64,000 bases of DNA from Spirochaetia bacterium (GTDB lineage Bacteria > Spirochaetota > Spirochaetia > SZUA-6 > Bin103), in contig CBDATQ010000002.1 of the NCBI GenBank assembly GCA_965199955.1, positions 32,001 to 96,000 on the forward strand, written 5' to 3'. Each line of letters opens with the position of its first letter. The first letter of the stretch is position 1. Position numbers and translations under genes: made by a program. Under the pieces are notes generated by a model. It was given only the letters and a program-made list of their open reading frames with translations. It was not told where the DNA came from and ran no database searches. Below, one piece after another: positions 45,803-54,623 of this stretch.

Positions 45803-46771
45803 ATGGCCAAGCAAATGATCGACCAGGGGCTGGTCGAGGTCGATATCAGCGGCGCGCGCATGCGCCGCGTGTTCGGCTACGGGCGCCAGACGGCCGGGGA
45901 AATCGCCTTCAAGGCGGCGGCGTCGGTGGTGTTGTTCCTGCTTGCCCTGACCTTTCTCTATCCGTTCTGGTTCACGATCATTCTGTCCTTTTCCGGCTTC
46001 AACGACGCTCTGACGCTCGGCCTGCACATCTGGCCGAGCGAATGGAACATGGAAGCCTACGAGTTCGTGTTCACCGAGAACGTGATCGCGGTCGCCTACT
46101 TCAACTCGATCGTCCGTACCGCGGTGGGCGGCGCGCTCACCGTGGTGGTCACCTTGATGGCGGCCTATCCGCTGTCCAAGAAAAACCTGCCGGGGCGCAC
46201 CGGGATCACCATCTACATCCTGATCACGATGTTCTTCTCCGGCGGGCTGATACCGACCTACCTGTTGATCCGATCGCTGGGCCTGCTGGACAAGTTCATC
46301 GTCCTGATCCTGCCGGTGTTGGCGATCGGCTTCTACATCATCATCGTCCGCAACTTCCTGATGACGGTCGATATCGCCTACGAGGAGTCCGCGCTGATCG
46401 ACGGCGCCAACTACCTGGAGATCCTGTTCCGGGTGATCATGCCGCTGGCCAAGCCGGTGATGGCCGTGATCTTCCTGTGGGCGGCGGTGTACCACTGGAA
46501 TGAGTGGTTCCACTGGCTGATCTACATGAAGAGCAATTCCAAGATCGTGCTGCAGATGATCCTGCGGCGGCTGCTGATCAAGGAACGCGAACTGCTGGAG
46601 CAGGTCATCGAGTTCGGCGACCCCGGGGACTTCACCAACCAGCAGCGCCTGCCTCCGGAGGCGCTGAAGGCGGCAACGACCCTGATCACGATCGGGCCGA
46701 TCATCCTGTTGTATCCGGTCCTGCAGCGCTACTTCATCAAGGGCATCTTCGTCGGCTCGCTCAAGGGCTGA
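45803..46771 (+). CDS. Carbohydrate ABC permease (LplC-like)
   Basis: AYPLSKK, MFFSGGLIPTY, EESALIDGA, YPVLQRYFIKGIFVGSLKG. Confidence 0.95.
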   Translation: MAKQMIDQGLVEVDISGARMRRVFGYGRQTAGEIAFKAAASVVLFLLALTFLYPFWFTIILSFSGFNDALTLGLHIWPSEWNMEAYEFVFTENVIAVAYFNSIVRTAVGGALTVVVTLMAAYPLSKKNLPGRTGITIYILITMFFSGGLIPTYLLIRSLGLLDKFIVLILPVLAIGFYIIIVRNFLMTVDIAYEESALIDGANYLEILFRVIMPLAKPVMAVIFLWAAVYHWNEWFHWLIYMKSNSKIVLQMILRRLLIKERELLEQVIEFGDPGDFTNQQRLPPEALKAATTLITIGPIILLYPVLQRYFIKGIFVGSLKG

Positions 46772-47954
46772 GCCGGTACCGCCAGGCGTCGCCGCGCATG
46801 TGCCGTTCTGCGTCCACCCAGAGCCGCGTCATGCGCAGGATCAGGTCGTCGCCGGTGCGCTCCTGGTGCACCTCGAAGTTGCGCAGGCGCACGGGCGCGG
46901 GGTCGTCGTCGCGCCAGGTGTCGATCTCGGTGACGCTGTCGCGGATCAGCAGGAAGCTGTCCGGGTCCACCTCGCCTGCGACCAGCGGATAGTCCGGACC
47001 GTTGCCCTCGGGGTTTTCTTCGCACAGGTTGCCGATCCAGTAGTAGCGGCCGCTGGAGTGCGGGACGATCGTGGAGTAGGAGGCGGGCGAGTGGAACGGC
47101 GTGCCGTCGGTCCAGGTCCAGGGCGCGATGCGGCTCCAGGTGAGGCAACCGTCGTCGGAGGTGCAGTACCACTTGTGGCCGGGCAGTGACGGATTGCCGG
47201 CGTTGCTGCCGCGCATCACCATCAGGAAGCGCCCGTCGGGCATCTCGGCGACCGCCCCCTCGCTTACTCCGCGGGTGGAGACGTCGGGCTCCAGGATGAC
47301 GCGTTCGCCGACTTCCCATCGCAGCCGCCTGCCGGGCTGCCAGGTGCCGATCAGGACCATGATCTCGTGAAAGGAGAGCGCGCCCGGCGGACAGAACAGC
47401 GTGCCGTCGGGTTGCAGGCGGGTGATCTGCACGGGAAAGATCAGGCGCCCGGCGCGATCGAAGAACGGCACGTTGGCGAAGTGGACGGCGTTCCTGCCGG
47501 TCCACACCGCCTGCAGCGGATGGGAGGGATCGTATTCCTCTCCCTCCTGGATGATCCGGTCCTCGAACAGCCAGGTAAGCCCGTCGTCCTCCGAGACGCG
47601 GTAGGTGGCGAAGGTGGAGGTGAGCGCTTCCAGCATGTGGTCTTTCGGCATCACCGAGGTGCCGTTGAGCGCCACCAGCAGCCCGCTGCTCGGATCGGTC
47701 ACCAGCGTGCCGTAACCGGTCCGTACCGTGCCGGCCGGGGTGAGATGGCTGACTTGGTAGGGGTGGTCCTCCGACCACGTGGCCCCGTCGTCGTCGGAGT
47801 AGCTCAGGCGCAGCAGGTCGTAGATGTCGTTGCCGATCTCGCTGAAGCGCTGCCGGAGAAGCTTGGGCTCGTGGGCGGAGCGGTAGCCGACGGTCTCGTA
47901 GGCGGCCGCGACGTCGCTGCCGCGATAACTCAAGGTCCGTTCGCTGACGGTCAT
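46761..47954 (-). CDS. Sialidase-like BNR Asp-box protein
   Basis: SDDDGATW, SEDDGLTW, SDDGCLTW; STRGVSE, MRGSNAG; no signal peptide. Confidence 0.8.
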   Translation of the reverse strand: MTVSERTLSYRGSDVAAAYETVGYRSAHEPKLLRQRFSEIGNDIYDLLRLSYSDDDGATWSEDHPYQVSHLTPAGTVRTGYGTLVTDPSSGLLVALNGTSVMPKDHMLEALTSTFATYRVSEDDGLTWLFEDRIIQEGEEYDPSHPLQAVWTGRNAVHFANVPFFDRAGRLIFPVQITRLQPDGTLFCPPGALSFHEIMVLIGTWQPGRRLRWEVGERVILEPDVSTRGVSEGAVAEMPDGRFLMVMRGSNAGNPSLPGHKWYCTSDDGCLTWSRIAPWTWTDGTPFHSPASYSTIVPHSSGRYYWIGNLCEENPEGNGPDYPLVAGEVDPDSFLLIRDSVTEIDTWRDDDPAPVRLRNFEVHQERTGDDLILRMTRLWVDAERHMRGDAWRYRLSP

Positions 47955-47969
47955 GCGCTTCCCCCGTAC

Positions 47970-49250
47970 TTACAGTCGCAGCCGGTAGTGATAGGCGTCG
48001 GCGCTCCAGATGTCGCGACAGCCGCCCTTGGCCCCGAGGCGTGTCAGGTAAAGCTCCAGGTCGCGGGTCTCGCGGTTCTCCAGCAGGCTGAAGTTGGTGA
48101 GCTGCAGGGTGTCGGCATCGTGCTCGGGATCCCGCCGGTCGATCACGGTGACGGTGTCGCGCTTGAGCGCGACGCGCTGCTCGTCGACCTCGGCGATCTG
48201 TAGCGGGTGGCGCGGCGCGCTGGCTTCGGCCGGCCGCTCGGCGATGTTGAGCATGCAGTACAGTTTGCCGGTCCTGGTGGCCCGGATGGTCTTGGCGAAC
48301 GTTGCGGGCGAGTAGAACTGCCCGCCGTCGTCGTAGCGCAGGTCGATGATCGGGGTCCAGGTCAGGCCGCCGTCCGAGGAGGTCGAGCACCACTTGCGGC
48401 CGGGGCACTCCAGGGGGTCGAGCCCGGCGTTGGAGCCGCGCATGATCAACAGCAGCCGGCCGTCGGACAGCTCGCTCAGATCGAGCTCGACCAGTCCGCG
48501 CGTGGAGGTGCGCCGCGGCAGTAAAATTGGCTGCGAGGTCTGCCAGCGGTAGTCGCCGGCCGCCGCGTCCCAGCGGCCGACGAAGCAGATGACGCCCGCG
48601 ACGCAGCCTTCCCGATAGGTGTTGGGGAACACCACCGCGACCTTCTCATCCTCGGCGTCCCGGTACGGGACCGGCACCGTGGCGCTGATCACGACGGTCC
48701 CATTGCTCGTGACGAGCGGGCGGCCGACGTACATCTCGTTGCGCCGGAAGAACGTCTCGTCGCCCCAGTCCTGGGGGTCGAAGTCCGGCCGGGACTCGTA
48801 CTTGAGCAGGCGCGCGTCGCCCCACGTGCGGCCGTCGTCGGCCGACAACTGGTAGAAGCTGTGATCGGCGAAGCGCCGCTCGCCGGTCCAGAGCAGGTGC
48901 AGCGCCTCTCGCGGATCGCCGCGCAGCAGGCGCTGGAATACCGGCTTGATCAGCATGCCGGACACCGGATCGTAGGGCCCCGTGCCGCGCTGGCTCGCCC
49001 CGCCGGACTCTGTCACGTCGCCCTGCCGCGGCCGCTCCTCGTACAGGAGCTCCCAGTCGCTCCAGGTCCTGCCGTTGTCGGGAGATTCCCGGCTGCGCGC
49101 CCGGTAGTTCCAGTCGGACGAATTGACCAGCGCCCTCGTTTCCTCCAGCCGCAGGCCCTGGCCGATGTAAGATACGGCGCAACTCACCGCCACCCGTTCC
49201 TGGCCCGAGGTCGCGTACCGCTCGCGCTCGACCTCGCAGATGGGTGCCAT
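47970..49250 (-). CDS. Sialidase-like BNR Asp-box protein (paralog of 46761-47954)
   Basis: SPDNGRTW, SADDGRTW, SSDGGLTW; STRGLVE, MRGSNAG; GGAGGG RBS. Confidence 0.8.
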   Translation of the reverse strand: MAPICEVERERYATSGQERVAVSCAVSYIGQGLRLEETRALVNSSDWNYRARSRESPDNGRTWSDWELLYEERPRQGDVTESGGASQRGTGPYDPVSGMLIKPVFQRLLRGDPREALHLLWTGERRFADHSFYQLSADDGRTWGDARLLKYESRPDFDPQDWGDETFFRRNEMYVGRPLVTSNGTVVISATVPVPYRDAEDEKVAVVFPNTYREGCVAGVICFVGRWDAAAGDYRWQTSQPILLPRRTSTRGLVELDLSELSDGRLLLIMRGSNAGLDPLECPGRKWCSTSSDGGLTWTPIIDLRYDDGGQFYSPATFAKTIRATRTGKLYCMLNIAERPAEASAPRHPLQIAEVDEQRVALKRDTVTVIDRRDPEHDADTLQLTNFSLLENRETRDLELYLTRLGAKGGCRDIWSADAYHYRLRL

Positions 49251-49381
49251 AGCCGTGGATCCCTCCATCCTCACTACCACGCCGGTTGCGGCATGGCAAG
49301 AGCGGCCGACGGGCGCGCCGTGGCGTAGTACCATCTCATGGATTCCGGCAGGAAGCGTGTGAGGCGCACCGGAGGAGGATC

Positions 49382-50326
49382 ATGAGAACCCAGGGAGATC
49401 CGAATAACGATCTGAAGTCGGTGCTGACACATCTATCCGAACACGGATACGCGGTTGTTGAAGGAGTGCTCAGCAAAGATGAGGTCCGGTACTATCGGGG
49501 TATCGTGGCGGATCTCTTCGAACGAGAACGACGACAACCCTTCGAGCCGGAAGACGGTCCCGCGTTGCCGGGAGACGACCAAATCGAAGCGTATCTGAAG
49601 GAAAGCTACCAGATCAGTGAAGCGGAGCAGGCTCGACTCATGCGGCGAGTCCGCCATACCCGTGCCCAACAGCAAGACACGCCGTGGCCCGTCCCTCCTG
49701 CGGCGGTCGTCAAGAATTTCCTTCATTTGCCGACCCTGTTCGATCACGACCGGTCGCAGCGAATCTGGAACGTCGTGAACAAGGCGCCGGATTTCGGGAA
49801 ACTGATAGAACACCCGGTGGTGCTGTCCCTGGCGCGGGAGATCCTCGGAGCCGATTGCGTGCTCGCCGACTGCAGCGCGACCAGCATCGGTCCGCATACC
49901 GACGAAGGGGGAGCGTGGCACGTTGATGTGCCGCTCGGTCAGTTGCCGGAGCCCTTGCCGGACTTTCCCCTGACCATTCAGAACGCCTGGATGCTCGATG
50001 AGTTCACGACGACCAACGGTGCCACGCAGATCGTTCCCGACAGCCACCGCACTCGCAGAAAGCCCGCATGGGGAGGAGAGCAGGAGAACCGAACAAAGCT
50101 GACCGGGCCGGCCGGCTCCGTCGCCATCTGGCTTTCGAACACCTGGCACCGATCGGGACCGAACGCCACGGACAACCCTCGTCGAGCGATTCTCTGCTAC
50201 TACTCCCGCTCGTGGATGAAGCCGTTTACCGACTACACGTCGATAGCCCCGAAGGTCGCGCAAACCTTCTCGCCCGGGTTGCGCTATCTGCTGGGATTCT
50301 CGTCGAGTGCGCCCGTGCGCGGGTAG
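49382..50326 (+). CDS. Phytanoyl-CoA dioxygenase (PhyH) family Fe/2OG dioxygenase
   Basis: GGAGGAGG RBS; HGYAVVEGVL, WHVD, NGATQIVPDSH, WHRSGPN..RR. Confidence 0.9.
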   Translation: MRTQGDPNNDLKSVLTHLSEHGYAVVEGVLSKDEVRYYRGIVADLFERERRQPFEPEDGPALPGDDQIEAYLKESYQISEAEQARLMRRVRHTRAQQQDTPWPVPPAAVVKNFLHLPTLFDHDRSQRIWNVVNKAPDFGKLIEHPVVLSLAREILGADCVLADCSATSIGPHTDEGGAWHVDVPLGQLPEPLPDFPLTIQNAWMLDEFTTTNGATQIVPDSHRTRRKPAWGGEQENRTKLTGPAGSVAIWLSNTWHRSGPNATDNPRRAILCYYSRSWMKPFTDYTSIAPKVAQTFSPGLRYLLGFSSSAPVRG

Positions 50327-50339
50327 CGCGGGCAGGCGG

Positions 50340-51539
50340 TCACGTCAGGCTCCCGCGGAGCGCCCGCACCAGCCACGGCACGGCCACGGCGTGCTTGAAG
50401 TTGTGGTTGGGCACGTCCACGTTGGCGTAGGTGAAGTACTCGTCCATGGTCAGCCCCTCCGGGATCTCGTCGTCGTCGTGGATCCGGGCGTCAGCGTCGG
50501 CGTATCGCGGATAGTGGTGGATCGCAAGCAGGTGACTCGAGCCGCGTTCCCGGTACGCGCCGCGGACCTGGTCCAGGTGCTGCCTGGCACCGCCCTCGGT
50601 CATGATCAGCGGGCGGCCGGCCAGCGAGCTCAGCAGGTCGGGAAAGTCGAACCACCTGAACATGCCGGGGACGACGTGCCATAGCGGATCCACGTCGCGC
50701 CATTGCCCGTCGCGAGGCAACCCGAGCACGACGTGGCGCTGGCGCACGTGGCAGAGAAAGTCGTTGAACACCAGCGCGGCCAGGCTCGGGTCGAGCACGG
50801 CCATGCACATCGCCGGCTCGGTGCCCAGGGAATGACCGCTGACCGCTACCCGCCGGGCATCGACGAACGGCAGCGAGCGAAGCCACCCCAGCACATGCAG
50901 CTTCTGCGACACGGTCAGCTCCACGTAGCTGCGTCCCAGCCGGATGAGCTGCGCAGTGAGCTTCACCCGGCCGCTGTTCGGGGGAACGCCTGCAGGCAGC
51001 AGGTCCAGCTCGCCGATGCCGGGGTTGTCCAGCGCCACGGCCACCAGTCCTGCCCTGGCGTAGTACCAGGCCATGCGGTTGGCTACGGGGTGCTTGTTGG
51101 GCGGCTGTTCCGGCCGCAGCTCCGGCTCGCCGGCCAGCAGCTCCTTGCTTGAGGCCGAACCGGGGAAGCACATCACGGCCGCGCCGGGCTGCGCATCGTC
51201 GACCGTGTCCGGCACCAGCATGAGCAGCGGCACCACCGACCCCGGCTCCGGGTATGCCTCCCATTTCTCCAGGCGGTAGCCGTCGCGCCGCTCGGTCCAC
51301 AGGCGAACCGGTGCGGGCTCCGGCGGCGTCCGCGGCGCGATGAGCTCGGGAGTAAGCGCCAGCAGCTCGGCGAGCTTGTCGCGCACCCGTTGCCGCCACT
51401 CGGCAAACCCGGCGTCTTCCAGCCCGGGCCGGTAGGCCAGCCGGCCCTCAGTGCTGCGCAACAGGTGCTGGCAGAGGGCCATGGTGGTTACATGGCGTCC
51501 GTCGCCGCGATCAGGAGGGTAGCGTGCTTCATCGCTCAT
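50340..51539 (-). CDS. Alpha/beta hydrolase (Abhydrolase_7 / dienelactone hydrolase-like)
   Basis: Nucleophile elbow VSGHSLGTE, EPGSVVPLLMLVP, PLIMTEGG, NVDVPNHNFK. Confidence 0.85.
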   Translation of the reverse strand: MSDEARYPPDRGDGRHVTTMALCQHLLRSTEGRLAYRPGLEDAGFAEWRQRVRDKLAELLALTPELIAPRTPPEPAPVRLWTERRDGYRLEKWEAYPEPGSVVPLLMLVPDTVDDAQPGAAVMCFPGSASSKELLAGEPELRPEQPPNKHPVANRMAWYYARAGLVAVALDNPGIGELDLLPAGVPPNSGRVKLTAQLIRLGRSYVELTVSQKLHVLGWLRSLPFVDARRVAVSGHSLGTEPAMCMAVLDPSLAALVFNDFLCHVRQRHVVLGLPRDGQWRDVDPLWHVVPGMFRWFDFPDLLSSLAGRPLIMTEGGARQHLDQVRGAYRERGSSHLLAIHHYPRYADADARIHDDDEIPEGLTMDEYFTYANVDVPNHNFKHAVAVPWLVRALRGSLT

Positions 51540-51747
51540 CGGCCACCAGGAGATCCTTCGCCTGCTCCAGCACTGCTATCGCATGATTGCGTGTGACGGT
51601 AGGGAAGTCTTCGAGGAACTCCGCGAGCGGACGACCCGCCTCCAGATAGTCGAGCAATGTCCGAACAGGGACCCGTGTCCCCACAAAGACCGTGGCTCCA
51701 CCGGGAATCTCGGGGTCGCTGTGAATGACACTCTGTTCCTGCCCCAC
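51529..51747 (-). CDS. DUF433 antitoxin-like protein
   Basis: GGAGG RBS and GTG 51747; IHSDPEIPGGATVFVGTRVPVRTLLDYLEAG..EFLEDFPTV. Confidence 0.85.
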   Translation of the reverse strand: MGQEQSVIHSDPEIPGGATVFVGTRVPVRTLLDYLEAGRPLAEFLEDFPTVTRNHAIAVLEQAKDLLVADER

Positions 51748-51788
51748 CGGGCACCTCCGTCTTCCGTCGTTTACCATATCATGGAGGT

Positions 51789-52901
51789 ATGGCCCCACGG
51801 ATCGAGATCGTCGCCACTGGCATCATCTCCCGCAGCGCCGAGCACGGCGCGTTCATGCCCGTGATCACGCCGCTCGCGGATGGCACGCTGATCGCCGCCC
51901 AGCACGTGGGGGAGTCGCTGGGCTCCTCCGACAACCACATCGAGGTGCTGCGCTCCGCGGACGGCGGGCGCACGTGGATCAACCAGGGCGGCATCCATCC
52001 CCGCAACCCGCCGCGCGACGGGTACACCTACCGCGGGCCGCACATCCACACCGTGCCCGACGGCAGGCTGGTGATGACCGCCGGCCGCTTCGAGGCCACC
52101 GATGACGACCTCTTCGACGCGGACACCGAGTCGCTGCAGCGCCCGGCGATGCTCCTGTTCTGGTCCTCCGATCTGGGCCGCACCTGGACGCAACCGCAGG
52201 TCGTGCCGGTCGACTTCCCGACGGACTGCTACACCTGCAACGGAGCGGGTGGCATGTTCCAGTTGGCGCCCGACCGCTGGATGTACCCGTTCGAGACGTG
52301 GAAGCCGAGCGGCTACGAGGGCCCGCCCGACCAGAAGGCGGGCGCGGTGTTCTCGGCGGACCAGGGGCGCACCTGGGGCGAGCTGACCATCATCGCCGAC
52401 GACCCGAGCGGCGAGCTGCTGTGGTGGGACCAGCGATCCTGCGTCCTTCCCGACGGCCGCATCTACACGCTGTTCTGGACGCACGTGTATGGCACGTCCG
52501 AGGACCTCAACACCCACTGGGCGATCTCGGAGGATCAGGGCCGCACGTGGTCCGACCCGCGCCCCACCACGCTGCGCGGGCAGGTGAGCACCCCCATCGC
52601 ACTGTCCGACGGGCGCGTCGCCACCATCTACAACCACCGGCACGAGCCGCAGGGCATCCGCGTCGCCCTCACCGCCGACCTGACCAACTACGACGCGGAC
52701 ACGGAGATCGTCCTGTTCGACGCGGGCGCCGAGGCCACGCTCGGCACGCCCGACAGCGACAACTTCCTGGCCGAGCACATGCTGATCGCCTTCGGCAGAC
52801 CGGACGGCAGGCTGTTCCCGGACGGCGACCTGATGACCTGCTACTGGTGCACGACCGAGGGGGTGACCCATACCCGGTGGGCCCGGCTGCGCGTGCGCTG
52901 A
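51789..52901 (+). CDS. Sialidase-family BNR Asp-box protein
   Basis: SADGGRTW, SSDLGRTW, SADQGRTW, SEDQGRTW; YNHR, FGRP; no signal peptide. Confidence 0.85.
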   Translation: MAPRIEIVATGIISRSAEHGAFMPVITPLADGTLIAAQHVGESLGSSDNHIEVLRSADGGRTWINQGGIHPRNPPRDGYTYRGPHIHTVPDGRLVMTAGRFEATDDDLFDADTESLQRPAMLLFWSSDLGRTWTQPQVVPVDFPTDCYTCNGAGGMFQLAPDRWMYPFETWKPSGYEGPPDQKAGAVFSADQGRTWGELTIIADDPSGELLWWDQRSCVLPDGRIYTLFWTHVYGTSEDLNTHWAISEDQGRTWSDPRPTTLRGQVSTPIALSDGRVATIYNHRHEPQGIRVALTADLTNYDADTEIVLFDAGAEATLGTPDSDNFLAEHMLIAFGRPDGRLFPDGDLMTCYWCTTEGVTHTRWARLRVR

Positions 52902-52920
52902 CGCGTGATAGACTCCGGCG

Positions 52921-53706
52921 ATGTCCTTCGAGTTGACCGAGGCGCAGCGCGAGTTTTTCGCCACGTTCGGCTTCCTGCACCTGCCGGGGCTGTTCGCGGA
53001 GGAGTCCACGCGGATCGAGGACGCTTTCGAGGAGCTCATCCGCAGCCGCGGCGGCGACTGCCATGAGGGCCGCGAGCGGCTCTCGGTGGCGCCGTTCCTG
53101 AATCACAGCGAGTACCTGTGCAGCCTGCTGGACGACGAGCGCCTGCACGGCGTCGCCCGCGCGGTGTGCGGTGACGACTACCAGTACTGGAACAGCGACG
53201 GCAACTACTACGTGGGCGACACCCGCTGGCACTCCGACGGAACGCTGTCCAACCCGATGGGCTTCGTGAAGCTGGCGCTTTATCTCGATCCGGTGGATGC
53301 CCACAGCGGCGCCCTGCGGGTGATACCGGGGAGCCATCGCGAAGGCGAGCCGTATGCGGAGATGATCGACGAGCAGATTCGCGGTGAGCGGTTCTGGGGC
53401 GGATTGCCGGGCGACAGGATCCCGGCCGTCGCCCTTTCCAGCCGGCCCGGCGACCTGGTGCTGTTCACCCAGTCCCTGAAGCACGGCGCGTGGGGCGGCG
53501 GCACCCGGCGCCGAATGTTCACGATCAACTACACCCGCCCGATAACCCCCGGGGTCCTCGGGCGGTACCGCGACGTGATCGCCAGCCACGGCTACAGCAA
53601 GGCGGACGTGTTCGGCGATCCCCCCGGCCCACTGCTGACGGGGGCGCCGGTTCGCCGGCTGGACCACCTGAGCGCGCTCCGGGAGCACATCCCCGACGCC
53701 GCCTGA
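52921..53706 (+). CDS. Phytanoyl-CoA dioxygenase (PhyH) family Fe/2OG dioxygenase
   Basis: LTEAQREFFATFGFL, WHSD, GALRVIPGSH, PGDLVLF..LKHG, RRMF. Confidence 0.92.
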   Translation: MSFELTEAQREFFATFGFLHLPGLFAEESTRIEDAFEELIRSRGGDCHEGRERLSVAPFLNHSEYLCSLLDDERLHGVARAVCGDDYQYWNSDGNYYVGDTRWHSDGTLSNPMGFVKLALYLDPVDAHSGALRVIPGSHREGEPYAEMIDEQIRGERFWGGLPGDRIPAVALSSRPGDLVLFTQSLKHGAWGGGTRRRMFTINYTRPITPGVLGRYRDVIASHGYSKADVFGDPPGPLLTGAPVRRLDHLSALREHIPDAA

Positions 53707-53729
53707 CCGGCCGCCAGGAGGAACCGCAC

Positions 53730-53870
53730 GTGGCCGACAGACAGCCGTTCAGCGAAGTCGCCGGCAAGTTCGCCGTGGTGACCGGGGGCCGCCCGCGGTC
53801 TGGGACAGGGCACGGCCGAGACGCTTGCCGCGCACGGCATCGGCATCACCCACTGGGGCAAGCCATCCGT
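53730..53870 (+). pseudogene. SDR oxidoreductase N-terminal remnant with frameshift
   Basis: AGGAGG RBS and GTG 53730. VAGKFAVVTG is followed by an extra G in GGGGG (53784-53788); the shifted frame reads AARGLGQGTAETLAAHG (TGxxxGxG), then the gene is truncated. Confidence 0.8.
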
Positions 53871-53926
53871 CCGGCAGGATCGCTGGACGCCCTGCAGACT
53901 CTGGTATGGGCGGAACTCTGGCAGAC

Positions 53927-54040
53927 GTGACCATCTCCCTGTACTACAACCCGAAATGCCCTGATTGCGTGCGTCAGGCGGCCCGGACGGCTCGCCTGGA
54001 CTGGTTGGGTCGAGTCGAGTTGCGGACGGACGCATCGACT
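53927..54040 (+). pseudogene. DCC1-like (DUF393) thiol-disulfide oxidoreductase N-terminal remnant
   Basis: ISLYYNPKCPDCVRQAARTARLDWLGRVEL: CxxC plus LDWLGR; similarity ends at the convergent HTH gene. Confidence 0.55.
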
Positions 54041-54072
54041 ATCGAGGCGGATGCCCGGCTCGGCCGAGTCTG

Positions 54073-54390
54073 TCAGGCGACCGCCCCGAGCCCCTTCTTC
54101 GCGACCAACGTCAGGAGCTTCAGCGAAGCGCCGCGCGGCCGCTTCACGCCACGCTCCCACTGGCTTACCAGGCCTGTCGTCACGTTGAGGTAGCGGGCGA
54201 ACACCGCTTGGCTCGCATTCTCCCGTAGCCGGATCTCTCGGATTCTCTCCGGTGCCATCTCCTCGACCGGCGTCAGGCACATCTCGTCGAAAACCCTCAT
54301 GGTTCGAGTCACCATGACGCCCGCCTCCGTCAGACCCAGCGCCGTCTCGTGAGCCGCCGCTAACGCGTCGCTCTTGTATTGCTTGGCCAT
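54073..54390 (-). CDS. XRE-family HTH regulator, HigA-like antitoxin
   Basis: GAGGTG RBS; SDALAAAHETA, TMRVFDEMCLTPV, IREIRLRENASQAVFARYLNV..VSQWERGVKRPRGASLKLL. Confidence 0.92.
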   Translation of the reverse strand: MAKQYKSDALAAAHETALGLTEAGVMVTRTMRVFDEMCLTPVEEMAPERIREIRLRENASQAVFARYLNVTTGLVSQWERGVKRPRGASLKLLTLVAKKGLGAVA

Positions 54391-54450
54391 GGCATATCAC
54401 CTCGGTTATCGTCCCGTTCGAAAGCACCGCCCGCAGGCCGGCCTCATAGG
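54391..54450 (-). pseudogene. Possible C-terminal remnant of a RelE/HigB-like toxin
   Basis: YEAGLRAVLSNGTITEVICHGQ runs into the antitoxin start, as toxin tails do; an in-frame stop lies just upstream. Confidence 0.5.
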
Positions 54451-54577
54451 TGCGACATCAGTCAATCGGCGGTCCGGAGCGACAAATCGGCGCGCCTTCG
54501 GCGCAGCCGTGCTCCCGATCCGAGCGATCGCCGGGCGAGGCAAACCGGGCTGCAACGGAGACGCGTGCGAGATCTGA

Positions 54578-54623
54578 AGCGTCGCGTGCGTCAGTCCCAG
54601 CGTCGCGTGCGTCAGTCCCAGCG
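54578..54623. repeat. 21-bp tandem duplication at the 3' end of the sialidase-like gene
   Basis: AGCGTCGCGTGCGTCAGTCCC x2 + AGCG; the unit contains the gene's W-D-stop codons. Confidence 0.93.

Noticed and set aside
41921..54623. 21-bp repeats as possible CRISPR arrays
   Set aside because: Head-to-tail copies without spacers, only 2-3 units, unrelated to each other, and no cas genes.
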